From the NCBI GenBank assembly GCA_049412325.1, contig JBMSEL010000001.1:15742-79741 (forward strand): 64,000 nt of DNA, given 5' to 3'. How positions within the stretch are numbered: the first letter of the stretch is position 1; every line of letters begins with the position of its first letter. The notes under the pieces are model-generated. The model made no database searches. It was not told the DNA's origin and saw only the letters and a list, made by a program, of their open reading frames with translations. Below are positions 46,980 to 55,602 of the stretch, one piece after another. This DNA is from Poseidonia sp. (GTDB lineage Archaea; Thermoplasmatota; Poseidoniia; Poseidoniales; Poseidoniaceae). A program made the translations under genes and the position numbers.

Positions 46980-48049
46980 GCGGTTGGCGAAGAACGGTCC
47001 CTGCAGTGTTGTTGTTTCTCATCGTGAGCATGCCCGTGGTGTACTACCAGGCCGGCAACCTCGTCTACACGCAGGCTGCAGCGAGCAACCTCGAGTGCTC
47101 GGGCCATTCAGAACGAAACTCACCGGGTGAATTCAGCGTCGAGCTTTGGCACGAAGATGTGACCACCGTAACTCACCAAAAAAACGAAACTTTGGCGGCC
47201 AACCTCGAACCGTTGTTCTTTGATTCATGGGACAACATCACGGTGGACATGCCGGAAGAATCCATCACGCTCACCGGCTGGGTCATGGAACACAACGCCT
47301 CCCAGCCTTGGGTTATCGTCGTCCACGGCATCCGTTCGTGCAAAGCCAATCACGAGGTGCTCATTCCGGCTGCATGGCTCCATCAAGCCGGTTTCAACGT
47401 CGTCCTGTTTGACATGCGCGACCACGGCGATAGCACGGTTGAGGACGGCTTGGTGTCCGCAGGACAGCGCGAGTATCGCGATGTCTTGGCGGTTTGGCAG
47501 TGGATTCAGGACGAGAAAAACGTCCCACCGGAACGCATCGGTGCCGTCGGCATCTCGCTGGGTGCGGGGGCGGTCACCATCGCCTTCGAGCAAGAACCTG
47601 CCCTCCAATCCGTGTTCCTCGAATCGCCGTACTCCTCCATGGGCACGATCATCAAGGAAGAACTTGAATTTGCTGGATTCCCCGTGTTCCTGACGGACGC
47701 TGCCATCTTTGCTGGAAAAATCTCTTCTGGAGATAACCTGGTCAAATACGAGCCCATCGAGGCCATGAGTACGGTGGGCGATCGTGCGGTGTTTATCACC
47801 CAATCCCTCGAAGACGTGCGTATCAAAATCCATCATGGCAAAGCCATGTGTGAAGCCGCTCAAGCCAGCGTTTCAGAGAACGGCATCGCTGAATGTTGGT
47901 TCGAATCCTCTGCCGTGGCTCACAACGACAGCGATCAAGAAGGCATCCTTTCCCATATCACGCTGATGCTCACCCAACCGAATGAATACCGAGACCGGAT
48001 GGTGGCCTTCTTCGAAGAAAGCATCGGCCAACCTGATGCGGTGGTTTGA
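46976..48049 (+). CDS. membrane-anchored alpha/beta hydrolase
   Basis: ATGA overlap with psd. N-terminal TM VPAVLLFLIVSMPVVYY. VVVHGIRSCK, nucleophile elbow GISLGAG, late Asp/His. Confidence 0.75.
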   Translation: MSGWRRTVPAVLLFLIVSMPVVYYQAGNLVYTQAAASNLECSGHSERNSPGEFSVELWHEDVTTVTHQKNETLAANLEPLFFDSWDNITVDMPEESITLTGWVMEHNASQPWVIVVHGIRSCKANHEVLIPAAWLHQAGFNVVLFDMRDHGDSTVEDGLVSAGQREYRDVLAVWQWIQDEKNVPPERIGAVGISLGAGAVTIAFEQEPALQSVFLESPYSSMGTIIKEELEFAGFPVFLTDAAIFAGKISSGDNLVKYEPIEAMSTVGDRAVFITQSLEDVRIKIHHGKAMCEAAQASVSENGIAECWFESSAVAHNDSDQEGILSHITLMLTQPNEYRDRMVAFFEESIGQPDAVV

Positions 48050-48076
48050 AACGAGAGACGCTGAGGGCCAACTGCG

Positions 48077-49252
48077 GTGGACAGCATGACCGGACCCAAT
48101 CCTCTGCCGTTGCTTGGAAACGGGCAGAAAGGGCTCCGCATTCACGACTTGGTCAAGGCGCCTGCGAACACACCCTGGGCTAAAGCCAAACAGCAATCGT
48201 GGGATGCCAGTGAACCAGCAACGGTGTACACCACGCCCGAGGTCTTGGCTGACGGGACGCCGTGCAGTGCGGTCACCGTCATTCTGCGAACGAAGGGTTG
48301 CCACTGGTGGTGGTCGTCCGGCTGCACGTTTTGTGGTTATTTCAACGACACTCGAGATGATGTGACCAACGAGGACCTTCATGCTCAATGGGCGGCGGCG
48401 AAGACGAAATTCGATGATTTCAAAGACCAAGCCATGGTGAAAGTCTACACCTCTGGCAGCCTGCTCGAAGACAGGGAAATCCCCGTTGAATTTCAAGAAA
48501 CGGTCCTGCGCGATTGCGCTGAGATGGGCAAGGAACTCATCGTCGAGAGCCGCTGCGAGCAACTGACCGAAGAGAAGCTCGCCTGGGCGACCTCCATCAA
48601 TCCGGACTTTACCGTGGCGATTGGACTGGAGGCTTACGATGACGAAGTCCTCCGCTTCCACGTCAACAAAGGCTTCACCACCAAATCATGGGATAGGGCC
48701 GTTGAGAACCTGAAGAAATTCAATCTCCGCATCAAGACCTACCTGATGTTCAAGCCCCCGTTCATGAACGAAGCCGATGCACTGGACCACTGTGTCAAGT
48801 GGATTGAAGCGGTTGCCGAACAATCCGACGAGATTTCAGTCAACCCAATGAACATTCAACGCGGCACCGTCATTGATCGTCTTCACAGGCACAACGAGTA
48901 CCGTCCACCATGGCTGTGGTCGCTGGTCGACATGATTCGACGAGCGCACCCGCTGATTCATCCCGAGGGCGGCATCAACGGCGATGCGGACCAAGTCGCT
49001 CGTCTCATCGTTCACCCAACGGCGGGAGGGAAAATTCGTGGTTCGCACAACTGCGGCCAATGCGACCCTGAGGTCGTTGCGGCGATTGAACGCTACGCGG
49101 TCTCAGGGAGCCTGTTGGAATTCGAGGGGTTGTCCTGCGATTGTGAAGCGGTTTGGCGGTCTGAGATTCAATTGGAGCGGCAACTCCCTGTCCCCCTAGG
49201 TCTCTCCAAACCTCGCCGTGGCTCACCAGTTCATCGTCTACGCTCCCCCTAA
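48077..49252 (+). CDS. radical SAM protein of the TIGR01210 type (possibly the archaeosine-pathway enzyme RaSEA)
   Basis: Cys cluster ILRTKGCHWWWSSGCTFCGY; VESRCE; IGLEAYDDEVLRFHVNKGF; KTYLMFKPPFMNE; NPMNIQRGT..YRPPWLWS. ATG 48086 is an alternative start. Confidence 0.75.
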   Translation: MDSMTGPNPLPLLGNGQKGLRIHDLVKAPANTPWAKAKQQSWDASEPATVYTTPEVLADGTPCSAVTVILRTKGCHWWWSSGCTFCGYFNDTRDDVTNEDLHAQWAAAKTKFDDFKDQAMVKVYTSGSLLEDREIPVEFQETVLRDCAEMGKELIVESRCEQLTEEKLAWATSINPDFTVAIGLEAYDDEVLRFHVNKGFTTKSWDRAVENLKKFNLRIKTYLMFKPPFMNEADALDHCVKWIEAVAEQSDEISVNPMNIQRGTVIDRLHRHNEYRPPWLWSLVDMIRRAHPLIHPEGGINGDADQVARLIVHPTAGGKIRGSHNCGQCDPEVVAAIERYAVSGSLLEFEGLSCDCEAVWRSEIQLERQLPVPLGLSKPRRGSPVHRLRSP

Positions 49253-49323
49253 GCGATGGCCTGCCCGGCAAATTTTCGTTGTGAAAGTGGTCAATGTTTA
49301 TCACCGGATGTTTCGTCGCAGGA

Positions 49324-49342
49324 TTGACCCCTATGGGGTCAA
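49324..49342. promoter_or_regulatory. perfect 19-nt palindrome TTGACCCC-TAT-GGGGTCAA between a TATA-like element and the SD of the next operon
   Basis: Read directly. TGTTTATCA lies at 49295-49303, about 25 nt upstream. SD GAGGTGA is at 49346-49352, and the ATG is at 49358. Confidence 0.5.
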
Positions 49343-49357
49343 GTTGAGGTGAACCCT

Positions 49358-49630
49358 ATGACGAACTCCAGAGCCCTCCCCGACACGACGGTCGGGATGG
49401 GAGAACCCGCAGCCAGTCGCATTGTCCTAACCCTGTTTTTCGTTGGGATTCTCGGCCTCTATTCCTTGTTTTCAAACGTCTTCGGCTGGGACAACCTCCC
49501 GTTGCTTGGCGAAATCGTGCCCTTGGTTCAAAACTTGGGTGGAAGCGGCATCTGGTACTACCTCATCGGCTTCTTGATTGGAATCGGCGCCATTGTGGCA
49601 ACCTTGGTGGGTGAGGTTCTCGCCGAGTGA
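49358..49630 (+). CDS. small membrane protein (90 aa, 2-3 TM helices)
   Basis: SD GAGGTGA 5 nt upstream of ATG 49358. Hydrophobic IVLTLFFVGILGLYSLF and IWYYLIGFLIGIGAIVATLVG. Confidence 0.55.
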   Translation: MTNSRALPDTTVGMGEPAASRIVLTLFFVGILGLYSLFSNVFGWDNLPLLGEIVPLVQNLGGSGIWYYLIGFLIGIGAIVATLVGEVLAE

Positions 49631-49644
49631 AGGAGGTGTGATGC

Positions 49645-51630
49645 ATGGAACTCATTTTCATCGCTGGCGGCGCCCTTCTTGCGCTTCTCTTCCTGCTTGC
49701 CCAATCCCTCTCCAAAGGTGTTGGGTCCGTGGGCGGCGCCTTCAAGCAAATCGGCTTGTTCGTGCTCCAGAAGAACCCACCCGGACTCGTCGACATCTTT
49801 GACGACAAGGACGGCAGTGGCTCCCGAACGTGGATGAACTTCGGGATGCTCTGGTTTGTGTTCGCCACGCTCCTTGGCTTCCTGTTGGGCTGGCACACCT
49901 ACGACCCAACGGCGCTCGATTCCCTGGCCAGCGTGGGTTGGGATTACGACGATGGTTCTTCGCTCAAGGATGCAACGCTGAACTTCCTCTCCATCGCCCT
50001 GCTCTACGGGCTGGTGGGCAGCGGTATGGTCGCTGCAGCCCGCAACGGCAACGGCCGTCTTGCCAGTGAAGCCAACGCTTCCATGGTAGCGCTGTTGTTG
50101 TCGGTCGTGTTGCTCGCCACCTACATCTTGCCGTTCATCTTCGGCTTCCTTGACATCGACACCTCGGAAAACCCCATCCGAACCGTGCTCTACAGTTTGG
50201 AGACGCTCGCTGTTGGTCTGTTGCTGATTCCTGTGTTCATCAACATCCTCATCACGGCCGCCAACCGAGGTGAGCAGGAACTTCAGACCAGCGTATGGTT
50301 CCTGATCATGGGTATCGCAGCCTACATCCTCTCCATGCTCTACATGTTCTTTGGTGAATTGGCCGATGCAACCCAGATGGTGTGGCTGGCCGAGCGTGTG
50401 GCCTACGGCTGGGTGCCCTTGGCTCTCATGTTCTCGGTGGGCTACCACGTGATTCCCATGACCGCCAAGCAACCAATCTGGTCCGGCTCCCTTCGTGGTG
50501 CCAGCATGTTCCTGCTGTTCATCACCATCCCACCGTTCTTCATGACCGATGCGTCGGCCAGCAACTTTGTCACCAACCTCGGCGCCATTCTGTTGACGTT
50601 GGGTGTGTTGCCCATCTTTGCCGCTTCGGTCAACTTGCTGATGACCGCCAGTTCCGGGCTCAGCGCCGTTGTCAAGCAACCCGGCGCCATCGCCGCTACC
50701 ATGGCATTCATCGCCCTTCCCTTCTTTGCCATCGGTGGCTATTTCACCGCCATGGACACGTTCGTTGGTACGGGCGACCTCGGCACCATGGGCGACATCG
50801 TCAACATGAGCATGATGTTCACCGTGGGCGGTCTTCTCGTTCTTGCTGGTGTCTTCACGAACTACCCGAATGCGATCGGGAAACCACTTGCGACGCCCTC
50901 CACGGCTACGTTGGCCACCTGGCTGGTCTTCGTCGGCGGTGTGGCTTCGACCCTCACCTACCTGACGGGCGAATTCACTGCCAATGCTGTAGCCGCTTCC
51001 GAAATCGAAGACGTCGGGGCCATCAACGGTGGTTTCTACCTGACCGGTGCTGCCTTGTTCTACTTGGCTTCCATCGGTGCTATCCTGTCCACCTTGGTCG
51101 TCATCCGCACGGGCATTGCTTCAACGGGTCGTTCCATTGAAGTCAACGACGCCTCTGATGTGGCCACGTACACGCTAACGTCCGGCTCATCCACCACCAT
51201 TCGAGACCTGATTGGACGTGGTGTGGGCGTCGACACGACCCTCGTGGTCAGTGAAACCGAAATCAACGAAGGCGGCTCAACCGTCATCGCCGTCGATTCT
51301 GCGCTTCACAACGATGAGGTCAAGGAATTCCCCACCACCGCATCCACCGTGATGGTCGAGTTCGTTCAATACCTCACCAACACCAACCAGTCGGTGTTTG
51401 AGCTCTTCCGAGGAATGGACCTGGACGATTCCGGTAAGATCGACAGCCGTGAATTCTTGGCTGCGCTCGAAGCCTCGGACGTTGAGGCGTTGTCTTCTCT
51501 GGAGGCTGCTGAACTGGTCGAAAGCATGGATTTGGACGGCGACGGGGAACTCAACCTCCCCGAACTTGACATTGCAATCGCTCAAATCAAGCGAGACCAC
51601 GACATCGTGGCGGCTCAAGAAGAGGAGTGA
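49645..51630 (+). CDS. CcoN/FixN-like (heme-copper oxidase subunit I fold) polytopic membrane protein lacking the His ligands, with a C-terminal EF-hand pair
   Basis: GYHVIPMTAKQPIWSGSL..IPPFF and LPIFAASVNLLMTASSG align with the remembered FixN segments [18 protein letters not shown]..GPHH and [18 protein letters not shown]. Only 2 His occur in about 500 membrane residues. EF loops DLDDSGKIDSRE and DLDGDGELNLPE. Confidence 0.65.
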   Translation: MELIFIAGGALLALLFLLAQSLSKGVGSVGGAFKQIGLFVLQKNPPGLVDIFDDKDGSGSRTWMNFGMLWFVFATLLGFLLGWHTYDPTALDSLASVGWDYDDGSSLKDATLNFLSIALLYGLVGSGMVAAARNGNGRLASEANASMVALLLSVVLLATYILPFIFGFLDIDTSENPIRTVLYSLETLAVGLLLIPVFINILITAANRGEQELQTSVWFLIMGIAAYILSMLYMFFGELADATQMVWLAERVAYGWVPLALMFSVGYHVIPMTAKQPIWSGSLRGASMFLLFITIPPFFMTDASASNFVTNLGAILLTLGVLPIFAASVNLLMTASSGLSAVVKQPGAIAATMAFIALPFFAIGGYFTAMDTFVGTGDLGTMGDIVNMSMMFTVGGLLVLAGVFTNYPNAIGKPLATPSTATLATWLVFVGGVASTLTYLTGEFTANAVAASEIEDVGAINGGFYLTGAALFYLASIGAILSTLVVIRTGIASTGRSIEVNDASDVATYTLTSGSSTTIRDLIGRGVGVDTTLVVSETEINEGGSTVIAVDSALHNDEVKEFPTTASTVMVEFVQYLTNTNQSVFELFRGMDLDDSGKIDSREFLAALEASDVEALSSLEAAELVESMDLDGDGELNLPELDIAIAQIKRDHDIVAAQEEE

Positions 51631-51655
51631 ACCCGTTCAGAGGGGCGTGCTCAGG

Positions 51656-52936
51656 GTGCGCATCGGCCTCGTTGGGAAACCGAATGTCGGAAAATCGACG
51701 TTCTTCAGTGCGGCAACGCTGGCTCAAGTCGACATTGCCAATTACCCGTTCTGTACGATTGAACCCAACGTCGGCGTGGCGTTTGTTGAGGCACGTTTAG
51801 CGTGCCCGTGCAAAGACCTCCGAGAGAAACTGGAGGGGGAAGGGCGGCTCGCTCCCGCCACGGAGGACGACCCGCGCCACGGCAGTTTGTGTGAACCAAG
51901 AACCGGTTCCTGCGTGGGCCACCGTCGAAGCGTTCCCGTCGCGCTGGTGGATGTGGCTGGGCTGGTCCCGGGTGCGAGCGAAGGCCGCGGCCGTGGAAAT
52001 GCCTTCTTGGCGGATTTGGCCAATTGTGACGTGCTCATCCAAGTCGTCGATGCTGCCGGTTCCACGGACATTGAAGGGCAGTTCAACGGGGCTTCGAGCA
52101 CCACCGAAGCGGCGGTTGAAGCCGTTCGTGCAGAAATCGAGTTCCTTGAACACGAATTGGATGCGTGGATCGGTGGCTTGCTTGAGGACGGTTGGAACCG
52201 AGGTGTTCGCCGGGTTCAAGCCGAAGGCGAGAAAGGCCTAACATCGTTCATTCATGAGCGCCTTAGCGGTCTTGGTGCCACCTCCGTGAACGTGGCCCAA
52301 GCGATGTTTGAGTTCAACCAGTGCCACACTTCCGATGCCCAACCTTGGGATTGGGAGGCCGCCTCACTCCACCTGTTGGGCCAGTGCATGCGCAAGCAAT
52401 TGTTTCCCATCGTCTACGCCGCTAACAAGATGGACATTGCACCACCGGGCGTCCTTGAAGCGTTTTCTGACCGGACGATGGTGGCCTGCATGGCCGACAT
52501 GGAACTGGCGCTTCGAAGGGCTGCATCTTCAGGCCTCATCGACTACCACAGCGGGCAGTCGTCGTTCACCGTTCATCCCGGAGCTTCCCTCAACGAGGCG
52601 CAACAAAAGGCCCTGTCTCACATGAACCAGCGCCTCGAGCAGGCAGGGGGAACCGGACTCTCTCGCCTTATGGACGAGGTGCTGTTCGACCAACTCGAGC
52701 ACATCGTCGTCTATCCCGTGCAAGATGAATCTCACTGGGTTGACGGCGACGGTCGAGTTCTACCCGATGCATTTGTGGTTCCGGCTGGGTTGCATGCGAA
52801 AGCGCTGGCCGGCCGCGTTCACACGGACCTAGAAGCCGGGTTCATTCGTGGTGTTGACGGACGCACGCGAAGGGTGGTTGGCGCCGACCACGAATTGGGC
52901 GACGGCGACGTGCTGAAGATTCACGCCAAGTCGTGA
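51656..52936 (+). CDS. Obg-like GTPase/ATPase of the YchF-related Ygr210 type with a C-terminal TGS domain
   Basis: G1 GLVGKPNVGKSTFF; ANYPFCTIEPNVG; G3 DVAGLVPGA; Cys-containing insert CPCKDL..CEPRTGSC; TGS-like end GDGDVLKIHAKS. No in-frame ATG, so the start is GTG 51656 or GTG 51647. Confidence 0.85.
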   Translation: MRIGLVGKPNVGKSTFFSAATLAQVDIANYPFCTIEPNVGVAFVEARLACPCKDLREKLEGEGRLAPATEDDPRHGSLCEPRTGSCVGHRRSVPVALVDVAGLVPGASEGRGRGNAFLADLANCDVLIQVVDAAGSTDIEGQFNGASSTTEAAVEAVRAEIEFLEHELDAWIGGLLEDGWNRGVRRVQAEGEKGLTSFIHERLSGLGATSVNVAQAMFEFNQCHTSDAQPWDWEAASLHLLGQCMRKQLFPIVYAANKMDIAPPGVLEAFSDRTMVACMADMELALRRAASSGLIDYHSGQSSFTVHPGASLNEAQQKALSHMNQRLEQAGGTGLSRLMDEVLFDQLEHIVVYPVQDESHWVDGDGRVLPDAFVVPAGLHAKALAGRVHTDLEAGFIRGVDGRTRRVVGADHELGDGDVLKIHAKS

Positions 52937-52938
52937 GT

Positions 52939-53325
52939 TCAGTGGCCCTTGGGGCGGTCGTAGGCCGGGGTTAGACGGGCTATATCACCCGAATATTGAC
53001 CGCCTCGATAGATGAAGAGGACCGGTGCTGCGAGGGTCAGCAAAACCAGCAAAATGAGGAAAAACAAGCCCCACGGTTCAACACCGGATAGGGTGGATCC
53101 CCACAACACCCAGAGGAAGGGGAGGTAGAGGAAAATGCTGTACCGGCGTGCCACGGCGGAGAACCGAGCACTTGCGGTGTTCTTCTCAAAGAGCACAGGA
53201 ACTTCTTCCTTGCTGACCAGCCCGTGGTCAACCCCGCAACGCACGCAGACTTGCGAATTTGGTCCGTTTCCGTGAATAAAGAACTCACGAGGATAGGTGC
53301 TCCCGCAGTGGCGACAGGTTGGCAT
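52939..53325 (-). CDS. zinc-ribbon membrane protein
   Basis: MPTCRHCGS..VCVRCGV (CxxC..CxxC) followed by two hydrophobic helices (IFLYLPFLWVLWG, LFFLILLVLLTLAAPVLFIY). Confidence 0.6.
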   Translation of the reverse strand: MPTCRHCGSTYPREFFIHGNGPNSQVCVRCGVDHGLVSKEEVPVLFEKNTASARFSAVARRYSIFLYLPFLWVLWGSTLSGVEPWGLFFLILLVLLTLAAPVLFIYRGGQYSGDIARLTPAYDRPKGH

Positions 53326-53361
53326 GGTGGTCCCTCAATTGACCCAACGGCACGGGATTCT

Positions 53362-55602
53362 TCAACCATCCGCTTGACTGGAAAGAAATTGATGGATGAG
53401 ATGTTGACCGTCGCGTGAACCGATGGATTCGGGATGGAACTGCACGCCGTGGACGGGAAGCGTTGGATGTCGAAGTCCCATGATGAGACCCGAACCGGCT
53501 TCTGTGGCGTTCACCAGCAATTCATGTTCACCGTCTTCAACGGCCACCAATGAATTGTAACGGGTCAATTTCAACGATCCGGGCTGATGTGGAAAGACCC
53601 CTGTACCGTCGTGTTCAATCTCCACGGGCACGCCATGAATCGGGCCGAACGGCGAAGGGTTGACCTGTCGTCCATCAGCCAGTGCCAGCGCTTGGTGACC
53701 CAAACATACACCGAGGACTGGCATCGGCAATTGGCCGGCAAGGGCGTGGTGGGCCAGCGCCATCGTCAATCTTGCATCGTCAGGGCGACCAGGTCCTGGG
53801 CCGAGAATAAGGTGGCTCGGCTCCAGTCGTTCAAGCAGGTCATGCAGCGCCACAGGGTCCAACCAACGCTCACTTTGTGGGGCTCGCCCTTTCAGGACGA
53901 TGACGTCCCGGCCGGTTTGGGCCACAGCATCGGCGATGTTGAGAGAAAACGAATCGAGGTTATCGATGAACAACACGCCATCGGTTGGCAGATGGTTTCC
54001 TTCGAGTTCCAATTCGAAAATTCGACCGCTGTTCACAGAGGAGGGCATTTGGTTCGGAGGTTGAAGGGGGTGAATGGCAAGGGTTCCATTGGGTAACGCC
54101 GTGTGTTCCCTTCGCATCCAGCCCGCTGCAATGCGGAGCGCAGCCCCTTTCCATGCGGCTTCTTCAACCTCTTTCTTGGCTTCAGAAGCGATGGTGATGC
54201 CCCCACCGGCACCAACCGTTGCTTGCCATCGTCCACCAATGCGATGCGCCTCAAGGGTTCGGATGAGGATGTTCCAAGCACTCTGACCACCGTGAACATC
54301 AATGTATCCGATGGAACCGGTCCAGAAAGAACGTGGCCATTGCTCCAGTTCATCGATCACAGCACAAACCACGGTCCGAGGGCACCCTGTGATGGACCCG
54401 CCGGGGAAGACCGCTTCAAGCGCTTCAGCACCGCCAAGGGTTGACTGTAGGGTAGCCGTGATGTGACTCACGAGATGCTGAACGTTGGTGTAGGATTCAA
54501 CGTCAAATCGGTCCACGTTGATGCTGCCTGGTTCGGCCACTTGCGTGAGGTCGTTACGCATGAGATCCACGAGCATTCGATGCTCCGCTCGCTCCTTTTG
54601 GTCGCTGATCATCGCCTCCCTGAACTTGGAGGCTTCTTCTCGTGTGCTCCCTTGCGGGCAGGTGCCTTTGATGGGGGACGTTTGCAGCGTTCCGTCCTTG
54701 ACCACGAGCAAGGATTCCGGTGACGAACTCGCCAGCGCAAGTCCGAGGTCTTGGGCGTGAACATAGGCGGAAAACGGTGCGGGATTGTCCACCATCAGGC
54801 GCTGAAAGACAGCGTATGGGTGGTCGATTTCACCCTGCCAGTGCTTGCCGATGTTGACCTGGTAGACTTGCCCGTCGACGATGCCTTGGCGGACGGCCTC
54901 CACGTTGTCAGCATGGGTCTCATCGGTGTGCGTGACCGCTTCTCGATGGGGTGTTGGCAGAGGAACGCGAACAAGGCGCTCTTCGGTGAAATCAAGTCCG
55001 GCAGCGGCAGCACACCAAGCAGCATCGTTGCCAAATACGGTGGAGGTTTGGTTGGTATGATCGATCACCACGCCACCTTCGACGCACCACAGGACAGCGA
55101 GGATGGCTCCCTCCTCGGGCGGGTGTTGAAGTCGCAGTGGTTGAGTCCACTGAACGAGGTCATACGCTAATGCTCCCGACCAAAACGGCCGTGGGGGGAA
55201 CTCACCACCGTGTGCATGGTCAAACGGGTCCTTGGCGGTGATCTCTCCGAGTTTGTTGAACAGGTCATCAAGGCCGTTGGCACGCAAGGTCACGCTGTGG
55301 TACCACGAACCGTGCTTCCATTCTTCAACTTCAGCCCGAAGCAAGGCTCGTTCATCGACCAAGCGAACATCGCCCTCGAGTGGATGGTGGGGCTCGGCAG
55401 CCGGAAGCACAGAACGAGCGGGTTGACGCACCACGACACGCTTGGTGGCCGGTGCTGCGATGAGTGACCATCGGGCAAGATGGGACACGGGTCCACCGGA
55501 AACAAGGAACATATGGTCCGGAGCGCCAAAGCGAAGTGCAGCTTCACCCAGAAGTCCGTTCGCTTCCAAGGATTCAACGATGGCCATCACGCGTTGCGAC
55601 AT
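53362..55602 (-). CDS. pabB: fused aminodeoxychorismate synthase: component I (PabB) N-terminal, glutamine amidotransferase (PabA) C-terminal
   Basis: Chorismate-binding domain with SPIKGT (Lys typical of PabB) and FPGGSITGCPR. The C-terminal GATase has LFIDNLDSFS, GVCLGHQAL (Cys) and HGVQFHPES. Confidence 0.85.
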   Translation of the reverse strand: MSQRVMAIVESLEANGLLGEAALRFGAPDHMFLVSGGPVSHLARWSLIAAPATKRVVVRQPARSVLPAAEPHHPLEGDVRLVDERALLRAEVEEWKHGSWYHSVTLRANGLDDLFNKLGEITAKDPFDHAHGGEFPPRPFWSGALAYDLVQWTQPLRLQHPPEEGAILAVLWCVEGGVVIDHTNQTSTVFGNDAAWCAAAAGLDFTEERLVRVPLPTPHREAVTHTDETHADNVEAVRQGIVDGQVYQVNIGKHWQGEIDHPYAVFQRLMVDNPAPFSAYVHAQDLGLALASSSPESLLVVKDGTLQTSPIKGTCPQGSTREEASKFREAMISDQKERAEHRMLVDLMRNDLTQVAEPGSINVDRFDVESYTNVQHLVSHITATLQSTLGGAEALEAVFPGGSITGCPRTVVCAVIDELEQWPRSFWTGSIGYIDVHGGQSAWNILIRTLEAHRIGGRWQATVGAGGGITIASEAKKEVEEAAWKGAALRIAAGWMRREHTALPNGTLAIHPLQPPNQMPSSVNSGRIFELELEGNHLPTDGVLFIDNLDSFSLNIADAVAQTGRDVIVLKGRAPQSERWLDPVALHDLLERLEPSHLILGPGPGRPDDARLTMALAHHALAGQLPMPVLGVCLGHQALALADGRQVNPSPFGPIHGVPVEIEHDGTGVFPHQPGSLKLTRYNSLVAVEDGEHELLVNATEAGSGLIMGLRHPTLPVHGVQFHPESIGSRDGQHLIHQFLSSQADG

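Noticed and set aside
49558-50679. 373-aa ORF on the minus strand
   Set aside because: Antisense to the CcoN-like gene. Its composition is dominated by G/H/Q/E/R, with no hydrophobic core or motifs.
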